This document shows positions 26,080 through 40,039 of a DNA stretch of 64,000 nucleotides, in pieces; the first letter of the stretch is position 1, and each line of letters begins with the position of its first letter. The DNA is from Octopus vulgaris (lineage: Eukaryota), in contig OX597818.1 of the NCBI GenBank assembly GCA_951406725.2, positions 110,484,001 through 110,548,000 on the forward strand. Reading direction: 5' to 3'. Below the pieces are notes generated by a model, which worked only from the letters and a program-made list of their open reading frames with translations, did no database searches and had not been told where the DNA came from. The translations under genes were made by a program, and so were the position numbers.

Positions 26080-27310
26080 CCTTTAGTAATTAAAAAGGAA
26101 AAAAAGACCAAAATAATACAAATTAAACTTTCTAAAAGAGACACAATACAAACAGGAATATAATGTGGAAATATAAATCAAGTTAGGATATTTACACAAC
26201 GAGGCAGAAGACCCGTCATACAACAAAGGAGAAATAAAAGAAAAATGGAAGAGAATTAAATTCTTGCACGCAGACATTACTAAAGAAAACACTGCCTGAA
26301 AGGAATACAGAGAAGAAGGAGAAATGGATGGTTGATGAAATTCTATCGAAAATGCAAAAAAGAAATACTTGAATGGCTAGATATTGCGCCCTAAGTAAAA
26401 AGATCTGTTTTGGATGTAGGAAAGCCGAACCGGACAGCAAAATAATCAATGCCGTGAAATTGAAAAACTTAATAACCAGAAGAAATCCAAAGAAATGTTT
26501 GATAAAATAAAGATCACAGACAGCAAATAAATGAATAAGCAAAGGTTGGTTGGGGCATTAATGTAACATTAAAGACTGAATGGAAACGTACTGGTTGATC
26601 AGGAATAGATTGCATTTAGATAAGTCTGAATAAATAAAGGATCTATAAAATGGTGAGAACAGAGCAACTATGCCTAATTTCGAAACTGCTAATGGAAACA
26701 CAATGTTAAAAAAATATATATATAAGGTAATAAAATTAATCAAAAATTTAAAGGAAACTGAAGCGGATGCAATACCAGTAAACGCATTAAAATCATTTAG
26801 ATAAGGACAATCTGGTTGAAATATGAGAGTCGCGTAATTTGATGAATAAATGTGGATATATACGAATGGATGAGTAACAATCTGTCTTTGATCAATTACT
26901 AAAGAAAGACAAAAATCTCAATTCTACCCAGAATTTAGAAAGTAAAAACTAAAAACTGTCCAACACAAAATTACATCTAGAATAAACAAAGAAATGTGTT
27001 GAGTGCAAAGTGGTTTTGGAGCGGCAAATCGTGAAGGAATGTTTAAGAATTATATACATGACTATTAATCAAGAGTTGTTAGCGTTTTGGATTGAAAGAT
27101 TTCTGGTTTTCATTTTGGTTCCTTGCAGCCTGAGTTCAAATCCGGCCGAAGTCAAGTTTATATTTCGTTCCTTCGGGGTCAATAAATCAGTATCGCTATT
27201 AGACCTGGATCAGTTCTTCTCCCTCTCTTTTTGCTCTATCTATCTATCTGTATATCTATTTATCTATCTATCTGTGTCTATCTATATATCCTTCTGACAC
27301 TCTCTCCCTT

Positions 27311-27351
<41 letters not shown>

Positions 27352-28745
27352 AGCTTTCTTTCCTCTACAATAAATCGGCTGTGTTCTGGCTTGGAGAGAG
27401 GTGAGCTCCCAAGTTTAAAACGTCCGAGACATATCTTTTGTCACGACGGTGCTCCTTTGACTCAGTCGGAAGTTAAAGGTCCAAACACAACCCTCTGTGG
27501 AGGACCTCTAGATACGGACCGTAAACTTTACCGAAGCCTTAGAAATTATATGAAGTTTGTAAAGTTAAAAAAGCAAAGATGGTTAAGTGTTGATCGGAAC
27601 GTGGAACATGTGATCAAGGCGTCTAAATGAGAATGAGGTACACTTCTAAATAATAAAGAACTTCTGGGATCGGCAGCAAAGGTAACGAATAAACAGGGGG
27701 AAATCTCAGGACTTAATATTTAAGAAGGATAGAGTGACGAGCTGGCAGAATCGTTAGCAAACCGGACGAAATGCTGCAAAGCATTTCGTATGTCTTTACG
27801 ATCTGAGTTCAAATTCTGCCGAGATCGATTTTGCCTTTCATCCTTTCGGGGGTCAATAGAATAAGTGTCAGTTGAGCCCTGTGATTGCTGACCTCGTGTC
27901 AAAATTTGAAGCCAATATTTAGGAAGGAGTTAGACAAGGTTGTGTATTATCGTTTAGCCTAATTAAGCTACACACGAAGAAGATCTTCAGGAAAGCAGAA
28001 GACATTTCAAGAATGTTAATAGGATGTGAGGACATTAACCACGTTAGATATTCTGGCATTCCTGCCTTATTAACTTCCAGCGTAGGTGACCTCCGGAACT
28101 TTGTAACAAGAGTAAATGACTGAGGAATACAAAGGAATAATTTATGGTAATCATCAAAAGCCAACAGCCACCAACAAGAAATATTTTAAATGGGAAACAG
28201 CCACCAAAGATGATACATGTGGGATATATGCAATGGTAAAAAGAAGAAATTTAAAGTAAAAATAATCAAAGGAATAGTTGGAAGAGAGAATATAAAGCAA
28301 TATTAATATGAGAAACAGAAAAAAGGTTATTAAAGTGATATCGTTGATTCTAATGCATGGAGATGAAGCGTGGATATTAACAAAAGTATTATCAAATAAA
28401 TTAGAAGCCTTCTACATGCGAACATACAGAACAATTTTGATAATATGAAGATATAACTCAAAACCTACGGTTTATTGCGAAGAGCGGCAAAAACCAATAG
28501 TCATCATCAAAGGGACAAAGCTAAAATGTTTTAGACACTTAATTAGGGGAAATGGTTTAGGGAGGCTGTTCTCAGAAAGGAAAATTAAGAGGGAAAGAGA
28601 AACGCAAAAACCAGGAATTATGAGGGCGGATAATATTATGAAGTGGATAGATTAAAAATGAGCGCATATATAAGGACAGCACAAAGATACAAGATGGCGT
28701 TTCATGGTATGTAACCAGCTGAGAGTGGAATATGCCTGATGAGCA
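26080..28745 (+). pseudogene. Decayed RTE-clade LINE ORF, interrupted by SINE B copies and other inserts (27060-27915)
   Basis: KWMVDEILSKM, GVRQGCVLS, IGCEDINHVRYS (RYADD region), ILMHGDEAWIL and terminal WRFMV motifs typical of RTE; many stops and frameshifts. Confidence 0.7.
27733..27915 (+). mobile_element. SINE family B inserted in the RTE remnant
   Basis: Head and core motifs. Confidence 0.85.
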
Positions 28746-29225
28746 TAATAAGGCATGTGTGTGTGTGTACTATAGCAATACAAACGGATATACATACAAA
28801 CATATATATTTATATATACTTATACATACATACAAGCACACATGCTCACGCACATACATAGATACACACATATATATATATATATATGTATATGTATATA
28901 TGTATGTACGTATGTATGTATAGTAACGAGCTAACACGTTATTAATAATGGTGAGAATCGTTGAATATTGAATGTAACTATATTAGAACGGAGTAGAATA
29001 ATTTATCTGATGCTGGTTGAACAATTTATCTGACGAAAATACGAAATTATCTGCTGTACTTCCTGTTACATGTAGAGAAGTGATAATATTAGTTTCTATG
29101 AGCAAACCGTTTCGAGAACGCTAATTTGGCAGACAAATGGCGACAAGAACTTCCTCGTATAATCCTAACACATGCAGGCATCATTCAACGCATTTTTCTC
29201 AGGTTTTCCTGTGAGCGAGAGTTGG

Positions 29226-29272
<47 letters not shown>

Positions 29273-29335
29273 CACGCACGCACACACCCCCACAAATAAA
29301 CACACACAAACACACACACACACAAACACACACAA

Positions 29336-29367
<32 letters not shown>

Positions 29368-29589
29368 ACACACACACACACACAAACACCTGGTGAATAT
29401 CTGAAGCAAGATGAAAGCGCTAAATAGTTATTCAAAATTCTGATTCCCTCTCTTAATATATATGTATATTCTTTTATTCTTCTTCTTCATTTATTCTTTC
29501 TACTTGTTTCAGTCATTTGACTGCGGCCATGCTGGAGCACCACCTTTAGTCAAACAAATCGAACAAATCACCGGATTTCGGCTCGAAAA

Positions 29590-30130
29590 ATTAATCCAAC
29601 AAAGCTCTCAATTCTGCATCAATATTGAACGAAACTCTGCGCATAGCATTTGAAAGAGGTCGAAAGAGGTGGAAATCCGTTGGTGCCAAATCAAGCAGGA
29701 GAGTACGGCGGGTGTGGCAGCACTTCCCAGCCATGCGTCTGAATGGTTCCTTCGTCATATTGGCGATATGAGGGAGGGCGTTTTCGTGCAGCAGAACATC
29801 ATGCTGCCGTTTAGGTCTTTTCTCTTGAATAGCCATGTTGAGTCGTTCCATTTGTTGAACATAGAATTCCGCGTTGACCGTTTTGTTCTGTTCAAGCAAT
29901 TCGTAATGGATAATCCCTTCCCAGTCCCATCATAAGCACAACATCGTTTTACGGTACCGCTTTTTTATCGGGGCTAAGCCATTCTTTAAGCTGCTTCATT
30001 TTGATGTACAGGTACCATTTTCCGCCGCTAGTAACGATTCGGTAAGAAATCGCTGATTGTCCCCATGAGTTGAGCGGCGATGAGCAAGCAAACCAGCGGA
30101 GATTGTGGCTCGTTGAATTTTGCTGTTGTC
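29590..30130 (-). pseudogene. mariner (DD34D-type) transposase fragment
   Basis: RIVTSGGKWYLY, TVNAEFYVQQMERL, LLHENALPH, WEVLPHPPYS, DLAPTDFHLF; frameshifted. Confidence 0.85.
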
Positions 30131-30374
30131 ACATTTTAATAGCAATCTCAAAAGGAATGAAAAATAAAAACTATTACCTTGTTATTTTATTCCGGTCAGA
30201 CCTAGGTTTCTAAATTTTTTTAGCAAATAAAATAATTAGGTAGGCGAAATTTTTCATCAGTGACCGCGCCATAACACTAACATATAATTAAGAGACGATT
30301 AACACGTGTCTCTTCGTTATACAATTCGTTTATGGCTCATACCAGACTCACTTTAAATTTTGTATAACAGTATA

Positions 30375-31487
30375 AACGTTGCCATAGTAACGAAGTTAAA
30401 GCACGCAGAGTGAAGCCGCTTTGCTGCACAGATTGGCCGTAAACTCTACTATGCATGCACACTAAGTGTTAACATTTTAGCTCACTTCCATTATTGACAG
30501 AATTGCTTGGAAGGAAGGTGTGTAGCGTATGATCGTCGCATTGACTATCAAAGAAAAGGTTGAGCAGAAAATCTGTATCAAATTTTACCAAAAACTTGGC
30601 AGTTACCTACTCAGAGGCCTACGCAGAGTCTTCAAAAAGTTTTCAGCGTTCTCGACACAATCAAAATCTTGTGCAACTTTGATTAGCTGAAAGCAGTTTT
30701 GGCACAAACTTGGCAGGCGCGCATCTCATACTCAAATACTCAGTGATAATAAATTAAACCTCTAACTTCTATCACTAACCTCATTATATTTTTTATATTT
30801 ATTGTGTGAGAAAGATTTATCTCTCAACGAACAATTATTTGATTAAATCACTTAAATACAACTTTAGAATGAGATAACCGTCTTCGACATGATTTTCATA
30901 GCCACATGGCAAACAGGAGCCTTATTCATTTAATTTCATATATTATGATCTAACGAAGACAATTAGGATTTCAAGACGCAAACTCACCTTTTATAGAACT
31001 TTTTTTTCATAATCCCTTTAATATTTATTCTTACTATTATTTTAACACTAACCTGCACGTCCTTTGATTATTCACGGATGGTGAATCAACAATTTCCCCT
31101 TACAGCTGCACACACATCTGCGATGTATTTCTCAATTCTGCTGGTTGCGAGTCTCCCAGAACTTTCGTCAATATCGACATCGTTTGAAACACCCGTACAC
31201 TAGTATGCGTCTCATACACTCCTCTCCATACACTTTCTGCAACTATGCGTAAGCCTCTAAGCAAGTATCGCCATAGCAACTTTCTCTGACATGGCCAATG
31301 CGCAGATCACACGCTACACATGTTCCTTCCAAGCACTGCTGTGAACAGCGGAAGTAAACTAGAAGGCTAAAACTTAGTGCTCATGCACATAGCGATCAAG
31401 ATCGATGTTTGCCAAGCGGTTTCACTCTGCATGCTGTAGCTTCATTACTATGGCAACAATCCGGATACTTATTAACCAGAGCTCGTA
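30375..31487. mobile_element. Rearranged mariner derivative with two 5' ends in inverted orientation
   Basis: 30375-30640 (+) encodes EKVEQKICIKF; 31060-31487 (-) carries the same leader plus TIR TACGAGCTCTGGTTAATAAGTATCCGGA; 30650-30760 (-) encodes AKFVPKLLS. Confidence 0.7.
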
Positions 31488-31490
31488 TAA

Positions 31491-31523
<33 letters not shown>

Positions 31524-31524
31524 G

Positions 31525-31638
31525 AGGCACATGATTCCGGGTTCAGTCCCACTACGTGCCACCTTGGCCAAGTGTCTTCTACTATAGTCTCAAAACCACC
31601 AATGCCCTATGAATGGATTTGGTAGGCTGGAACTGAAA

Positions 31639-31682
<44 letters not shown>

Positions 31683-31890
31683 TGCGTGTGCGCGCGTAAT
31701 TTTCTCTGTGTCTGTCCCCCACTACCGCCTGAGAGCTGTGCCGGTGTATTTATGTCTCCGTAAAGACACCGATAGAATAAGTACCAGACTTTAAAAAGTA
31801 ATTCCTGAGGTTGGTTCGTTGGTCTGAAATTCCTCAAGGCGGCACTCCAGCATGGCCGCAGTCTAATGACTTGAACAAGCGAAAGATTAA
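31525..31890 (+). mobile_element. SINE family A
   Basis: Core and tail motifs. Confidence 0.85.
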
Positions 31891-31900
31891 ATGTATGTGT

Positions 31901-31947
<47 letters not shown>

Positions 31948-32045
31948 TACATATATATATACACAGACATATATACATATAAGTATATATATACACACAT
32001 ATACACACACATACACACACACACACATACACCCACACACACCCC

Positions 32046-32099
<54 letters not shown>

Positions 32100-33179
32100 G
32101 TAGTAACTGTAAGTCACACATTAAAAGTGAGGACCCGTTAGACAAAAGGATATCAAATATGTCCGACTGGATCCAGATGAAGTCTGCAATCAATCTCTTT
32201 TATATTTTCAAGTCGGCCTCTCTCCGTTTTTGTTTGTCGAATTAGCAATTGATGAAATATTTTCAGCTCCGTCTCTCCGCGCATTCAACGAATCGATAAT
32301 GTTGCATGCGTTTCGTTTTCTCAATAGTTTCAGATTTCTCACACACACACGCAAACAGACGCACACACACACACACACACACACATACAGACACACACGC
32401 ACACACACACACACACATACAGACACACATACATATATATACATATATATATATGCGTGTGTGTATGAGTGTGTCTGTGTCTGTCTGTTTGTGTTTCCTT
32501 TCTTATTCATTACAAGTCGAGCTTCTAAAGGTTATTTTGCACTTCTTTCTCAATATTATTTCCATTTTATTCTATGATGCCAATTTTATCCCATAACTAT
32601 TAGCATATTTATGTCTGTCCATCTTCTATGTTACTCGATATTGACCATAAACAATTGCTGCTTGAGCTCAGGTGCATTGCTTCCTACTTAATGTTCTGGG
32701 CTGTATCTCTTTTACCGTCTTCACGTATAGACACTGAAAACGGAATCAGAATTGTTGTTGGTGCTGTCGCTGTTGTTGCCTAGCCTCAAATCAGCTCCGA
32801 TCAAGTATTTCATCTATGACCATCACGTATATTTTCCGACAATTTATCAAATAACCACATATATACTGTGTCTTTTCATATTCAGTATGACATGAGGTAA
32901 TTTGTGCGTTATTTCTAGTATGTCAAACGATCACGAAGAGGCACCCTCTTTTGTTCTTCAAATCAGAATAATAATTCTTTGTAATTTTCGAACAAGGCCA
33001 GCAATTTTCCAGTGGGGTGGGGCAGGGGCAAGTTGATTATATCAGATCCAGGACTTCAATAAACCAGAAGACAATCCTAGAGTGTTAATAGGATGTAAGA
33101 ACATCAAAAACCTTCGATATTTCGGGCAGTACTGTCAGAAGAGTAGTGAATGAATACACTTGAGCACAGCTCTAACATT

Positions 33180-33420
33180 GCTTTCAGATTTTGGTACACG
33201 GCCTCCACTTTTGGCGGGAAGGGAGCAAGTCAATAGCATCGAACCCAGTACTTATTTTATGGACCCTGAAAATAACTGGTACTTATTTTATCGACCACGA
33301 AAAGATGAAAAGCAGAGTCGACCCCGAAAAAATCTGAACTTACAACGTAATGACGGGCGAAATGCCGATAAGCATTTTATATTTTATCTGGCATGCTAAC
33401 AATTCTGCCATCTCTCCGCT
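33180..33420 (-). mobile_element. SINE family B
   Basis: CTGGTACTTATTTTATCGACC and GCTAACAATTCTGCCA motifs. Confidence 0.8.
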
Positions 33421-35808
33421 TTCTGTACACTTCTAATGCTACACCATATTTATTCTGATACAAAATCGATTCTTCATATGGACTACTGCAACTAAATATC
33501 ACTAGGGATGATCTACAAATGTGGAACTAAATTATATGAGGAATAATATTATCAATAATATTAGACATTATAAGCACCAACAGAAATGAAAAGGGATCTC
33601 TGATGTGACTCTCGGTCTGTGAATCTATTACGTAAGCTGTGATCTCATTTATAATTGCAATACAAGAGCCTGCTAATTATTTAATCATTTGCCTTAAATA
33701 CTTATTAAATTTAATTTGATCCAAAGGTTCAAATTATGTATCGAAATAGGTCACTAGCTACATTGGATGATAATATAATGGCGTATCCTTCTAGACCAGG
33801 TGAGTGGCGAATTTTGTTAGGACAGCGAAAAGAGATTATGATTTTTGGTATAAGCAAGCACAGGAACAGGGTTTGGTTGAGGAGTATAGTTGAGTCAGCT
33901 GACTTCAGTTGTTGACCAGTTCTGTATTTTCTCGACACTGGAAGGATAACAAGAAAAGCTGACAACGGCGAATTCCAGTTCAGAACATAAAGAATCAGAA
34001 ATCAATATCAATATTACAAAACATTTTGTCCGAAGCTCTAAAGATTCTGTCAGCTCAACAATGATTGTTGTAAAGAAATCCCAGTAGTTAATTTGATGAT
34101 ATGAAATGGAATTGTAATCGGCAATTTGTCCTGTTCAGTAGTTTTGCGGGAGTAGGGGCTCACACCTAAGTTACAACAACACTTAGGCCTGAACTAGCTC
34201 AGGATGCAAGTACGTGTTGGGGGACCCGGTTATGGGTCATATAGAAGAAGATGGTCGTATGACCAAGGTATATAAGAATCGGAGGAGAGTTGGTCCCAAG
34301 ACATGAGTCATATAGGCTTACCGGCGTGGGAACATGTCCTGATGTCATGAATTTGTCTCCTTGCCAAGGAGGAGTTTAAATAAGGTCATTTGCCTCGGGA
34401 GTACGCTCAGAAATTCAAGAGAAATATGAAGCGTAAATAAACCAATAGTTTCAATTGCTTTCAGCAATTGAAGCTATCGTTATAGCTTTCCGCCATGAAT
34501 TCTCTTAAGAGTGGAGTTCTGTGATCACTGAAGCCAGCAGGTATGACGCATGGAGGGAATCGGTAATGCAGTCATCTGTAAACTATTGGAGAGGGGATTC
34601 GAAGCCGAATCCCTGGACAAGCAATCAGACATCTCGAGCAAACCATAACAGCTTCATGTGATTGGTTTATTAAGCAGCCAATCAGAGTCGAGCCATCGCA
34701 TGGTTCAGTCTTCTAGAATATTCTTCTTGAGCTCTACATAAGAACCGGTTTGTTCAGTAATTAGTTGCAAAACTTTGAGGCAGCTGAACGGCGTGTGTCT
34801 CCATACTTTAACACATCAAACGGTTCCAGATATTTGCGAAGACATCTTTAGCTTCTGTGACAAACCCAACGAAACATTCACACAATGTCTCATAAGTAAC
34901 TTATTCGAACACGGAATAGTTTTCCATTCTCTCCCAGGATGGAATTACTGTTGTTATTTGTAAAAGACCGATGCAGTTGTGGTTTAATGTGCGATAATAA
35001 AATCTATTGAATGTTCGTGGGTGTTGGTTCAGTTAAGCACCTCTGTATGTACGGTTTCGAGTCTCCTCAATGACACTGACTTTTTTTCTGCCGCATATTT
35101 GTGCTTATAACGTCTCAGAAATATGTATTCCAAAATCAATCTGTCATTTTAGAAATCGTGTAAAATTCCTTGTGTTAAGTATTCAGTTAACCTTTTCCCA
35201 ATAACTTTGCTTCTCAATACGTTTTTTCCTGAGAAAATAATGTTTTAAATACAAATCTCTTTAACAACTGATGTGTATAACTCAGTCAGCTCCACTTTGT
35301 TCGAATAATCCCATAGCATGTAATTAAATGTTTTGGATGCGATCCACACATCCAACATGACGAGTATTCTACGTATCTAATTCATTGGGTCGGAGTGGCG
35401 GTCAATATTAAGAACCCACAGGGGTTTATTGTGAGATATACAGCTGCGTCGATCTGAATATGTTATCATTCCACGGCAGCCGTATTTGGCTTTTGTTTGA
35501 TTAATAAGACCACGTGATTAACCGCAGTCGAGCGTACAAACTGGATACAACTGGAGCTCAACATTAATCTGTTTTCTGGTTTGTCTGAAGGGATACACAT
35601 CCACGTAGATTTGTTGCTGTTGTTGTTGTTGTTTTGTGTTGTCGAGCAAATTCCACCGAGGCCTACTTTGCCTTTCATCCTTGCGAAGTCGATAAAATAA
35701 GTACCAGTTGAGTACTGGGTTCGATGTAATCGACCTGACAGCTCCTCTCCCGAATTGCAAGCCTTACACCGAGATTTGAAACAATATCACGTGCAGCTGC
35801 AGCAGCAG

Positions 35809-36200
35809 TGGAGGCGCAAAGGCCCAATGGTTAGGGCAGCGGATTCGCGGTCGGAGGATCGCGGTTTCGATTCCCAGACCGGGCGTTTGTGTGTGTTTAT
35901 TGAGCGAAAACACCTAAAACCTCCACGAGGCTCCGGCAGGGGGTGGGGTGGCAACCCCTGTTGTACTCTTTCGCTCCAACTTTCTCTCAATTTTTCTTCC
36001 TGTTTCTTGTCCCCGACTTCCTACGCAACCGCTGAGCCTGAATGCGCATTCATCCATCCGTCGATGCTCTCGGTGTCGGGGGTTGACCTGCTTTCTCTTC
36101 TTCGAGTCTTACGAATAGCAAAGACCACGTTTCGGACTTCTCCCACATGACGAAGACCGCTACGCTCAACAGCAACAGCTGCAACAGCAAGAACAACAGC
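35809..36200 (+). mobile_element. tRNA-Arg-like SINE (family E) with (CAA/CAG)n tail
   Basis: Head GGCGCAAAGGCCCAATGGTTAGGGCAGCGGATTCGCGGTCGGAGGATCGCGGTTTCGATTCCC with A and B boxes, unique body, short-repeat tail. tRNA-Arg-derived SINEs (OR1/OR2) are known from octopus; family identity not verified. Confidence 0.65.
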
Positions 36201-36669
36201 AGATCCCTCCAGAAAATCACGAGCCAAATCCCCCTCAAATCCCAATCTACGGTGTGTTTTTTTTAATAGCAAGATACATTGTATAATGTAGTCCTAGGTA
36301 CATTATGTCCAATAAAAACACAGAGTGTTACTGCTGGAATGCTTTTAGTTCTATGTCTCCTTGGTGGAGCTTAATCTAGGACCGATTAAGGACGATGTAG
36401 TAATCTGATGAAAAAATATAGAGAGTTACTTTGTGTTTAATTAATAAACAACCGTCAATACATTTCTATGAATAAATTTAATACAGATCAAATATTTCAT
36501 GTCTTCAGATCTTCGCCAAAGACATTTCAGCTCATCTTCCTTTATCTGATTTATCTGACGGAGTATTGATGCTTGATCGACCTGCTAGAAACAACAACCA
36601 AATATTCTTCTACTGGCTTCTTATATAAAGTCAGTATAGTTTGGAAACTGTAGTGCTAGGTACGTCACG

Positions 36670-36970
36670 TGATGTCACATGACGGAACAGACTATTGGGT
36701 GTTATTATATATCGCTGGTTTACAATGCACCTGGCATCGCTTTAGCTTCCGAATGATGCCAACCCGCTGGCAAGGCAAGCAGGCCAACACCCCACCCGAT
36801 CGGAAGGCCAGACCGTCGTAGGTTTAGCCATTTACAGCTGAGTAGGGTGGATTAACGTGAAATGAAGTGTGTTGCTCAAGAACATAACGCACCGTTCAGC
36901 CTGGGAATCAAACACACAATGTCATGACCGTGAGTGCAACACATCTGCCCACTAGGCCAGACACCTTAAC
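36670..36970 (-). mobile_element. CORE-like SINE (family C type)
   Basis: CATTTACAGCTGAGT..CGTGAAATGAAGTGTGTTGCTCAAGAACA. Confidence 0.75.
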
Positions 36971-37100
36971 CCTAGTTATGTAATCCCTGAAAATATTGAA
37001 GGGATGAAATCTTGAGCACCTTTCATCATAGGTTACTCAGTCAGGTCTGGCCTGGGGGTTAAACAAAGAAAACTGCATCAAACTCCTTCAAGCTCCATCA

Positions 37101-37258
37101 TAGGCGCAGGCGTGGCTCCGTGGTAAGAAGCTTGCCCCCACCAACCACATGGTTTCGTGTTCACCTTGGCACCTTGGGCAAGTGTCTTCTACTATAGCCT
37201 TAGGCCAACCAAAGCCTTCTGAGTGGATTTGGTAGACGGAAACTGAAAGAAGCCCATC

Positions 37259-37308
<50 letters not shown>

Positions 37309-37310
37309 AT

Positions 37311-37385
<75 letters not shown>

Positions 37386-37660
37386 TGTAAGTATGTATGT
37401 ATATGTTTGTGCGTCTGTCTTTGTTTCCCCGCCATCGCTTGACAACCGATGTTGGTTTGTTTACGTCCCCGTGACTTAGTGGTTCGACAAAAGGGAGCGG
37501 TAGAATAAATACCAGGCTTACAAGGAATAAGCCCTGGGGTTCGATTTTTTTTCCGACTATCACTCTTTAAGGCGGTGCTGCAGAAGCATGGCCGCAGTCA
37601 AATGACTGAATCAAAGAAAAGAATAAAAGAATAACAGAATAACAGAATAATAGAATAAAA
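37101..37660 (+). mobile_element. SINE family A with internal (TA)n(GT)n(GATA)n
   Basis: Complete head, core and tail. Confidence 0.9.
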
Positions 37661-38364
37661 GAACATCAACTTAGCGTTGAGGAAGAAGTAGATTTATAGC
37701 ATGAAGCGAGCGATGCCGATTTCGACTTCCGCCGCCGCCGCCGCTTGTCTACACTTAATAACTAAACTTGTATATTGTATCCATCTCTCAGTCAATATTG
37801 CTTCTTTGTGTTAGCTAGGAGATTGTTGTTTCCAATGTTACGATTCTAATAACTTAAATATGCCAAAAACATGGAATGTTATCTTGTTCTATAAATACTG
37901 TTAATCATCAATATATTCATCGGAGCCTTTGAAATACGATCGTTATATCCCAAGACTGGTTAATATTGTTAGCGATATTCCATGCATGATGTTCATTCGA
38001 CCGATCTATAATATTATCTGTGGATTTACATCTGTTTAACTTCACCTTTGTTTCATGTCATCTATAGAAATTTACCGATTCTACATAATACAGCCACATT
38101 CGCAGAAACACAAAAACCCACGCATACGCATTCTCATTCACCTATAAACCATGTGTGTGTTTGTCTGTGTGTGTGTGTGTGAGGGAGAGAGAGAGAGAGA
38201 AAGAGAGAGAGAGTGTGTGTGTCTGTGAGAGAGAGAGAGAAAGTATGTGTGTGTGTGTGTGTGTTCGTTACACATTTGAGGTCAAAATAGAATGCACAGC
38301 CTGGGGTATGCTCACCATCCAAGATTCTGAACTCGTACCTCAACCCCTATTATTTGAGCAGGCG

Positions 38365-38512
38365 TAGAGTGCTAAACTGGTACTTATATTATCGACCTCG
38401 AAAGGACGAACGGCAAAGTCGACCTCGTCGGAATTTGAACTCAGAACGTAATGACGGACGAACCGCCGCTGAGCATTTTCCCCAGCGTTCTAACGATTCC
38501 GCCAGCTCGCCA
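38365..38512 (-). mobile_element. SINE family B
   Basis: Head and core motifs. Confidence 0.85.
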
Positions 38513-38591
38513 TCTTGTACTAGCAGAAAAATAAACGTTCTACTCTTTTCTTATATCTTTCTCATACGGTTTGTGTCGCATGATGGAAAAA

Positions 38592-39190
38592 GGCTGGTCC
38601 TCCGTCGGTTACGACGACGAGGATTCCAATTGAACCGATCAACGGAACTGCCCGCTCGTGAAATTAACGTGCAAGGGAATGAGCACTCCAGACACGCGTA
38701 CCCTTAACATAGTTCTCAGGAATATTCAGCGTGACATAGAATGTGACAAGGTCGATATACGGGTATCACTCATTATTTACATTATTTACGTGTGTTCTCA
38801 TCTTGTTTGTTGTTAACACGACGTTTCGCCTGATATACCCTCCACCCTTCATCAGGTGTCTTGGGAAAATTTCGAACCTGGGTTCTCATTCCTCATGTAT
38901 TTTTCCGATGTTATTTGAAATTTTCCCCAAGACACCTGATAAAGGCTGGAGGGTATATCAGCCGAAACGTTTTGTTAACAACAAACAAGATGAGGACAAA
39001 TATCCGCCAAATGTAAATAATGTACATAATTCCTCATCTCTCAAATATAGAACAGGTACCACTCATGTTTGCCAACTGGGTGGACCGGAACAACATAAAA
39101 CAAAGTATCTTGCTCAAGGGTATAACGTGCCGCCGGAAATCGAACACAACCCCTGACAATTATGAACCGAATACGCTAACCACATGCCTT
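38592..39190 (-). mobile_element. SINE family D split by a palindromic family H insertion
   Basis: SINE D sequence stops at ~38773 and resumes at ~39052. Confidence 0.8.
38774..39051. mobile_element. Head-to-head inverted pair of family H hammerhead elements
   Basis: Left arm (-) has CTGATGA..GAAACGTC; right arm (+) has CTGATAA..GAAACGTT; flanked by a 15 bp imperfect direct repeat. Confidence 0.8.
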
Positions 39191-39755
39191 GTGGTTAAGA
39201 AGGAAAATCATTATCAAGTTCGCTGTTATAAGCACTATCACCACCACCGTTATCATCCTCATCATCACCATTATTGAATTCCACATGCTACAAAGAAAAT
39301 TATTTTAAAAATTCCTTTCTGTGTGTTGTTAGTATGTGCTCGGAAAATTTGGAAAAGGTTCATCGATTCCTTTTGATTCCTAATCGTATTGTTTGTAGGA
39401 ATAAAAAGAACCGAAGGACACACCGCTCCCCCACCACGTCTCCTTTCGGGTATTCAGGTTTGTTTGCAAAGAGCTTTGAACATGTTTTAATGAAATTTAA
39501 ATACGAACATAACGTCAGAAATTAAGACGAAGAAAATGAAGGAATGATAGAACATTAATGAAGAGAAGGAAAAGGTGGAAAGGGAGAACTGCCCCAACCG
39601 TTGAAAGAATGGAGGTGAGAGGTGCAAGCTTGTATTCATTGCTCGTTATAGAGATTAAAGGAAGGGCTGCTATTAACAATACCACGACTCGCAATAACCA
39701 ACAATAAACCCTTCCAGAATCTCTTTCAGTAACGTCAGAATCGGCGCTGCGAGCG

Positions 39756-40037
39756 ATAATGACATGAGCAGAAACACCTCTACATCTCACATTATGATCA
39801 ACAGCAACAACGACAGGACATCGTCGCTATTACCACCATTAATATTAACCACCAACAACGATAATATAGAGAACAACAGCAGCTCCATCAAAACCATAAT
39901 GACATGAGCAGAAACACCTCTACATCTCACATTATGATCAACAGCAACAACGACAGGACTTCGTCGCTATTACCACCATTAATATTAACCACCAACAACG
40001 ATAATATAGAGAACAACAGCAGCTCCATCAAAACCAT
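39756..40037. repeat. 140 bp tandem duplication, near identical
   Basis: ATAATGACATGAGCAGAAACACC starts at 39756 and 39896. Confidence 0.95.
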
Positions 40038-40039
40038 TG

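Noticed and set aside
35811-35885. tRNA-Arg gene
   Set aside because: Acceptor and anticodon stems do not pair properly and it continues into a SINE body
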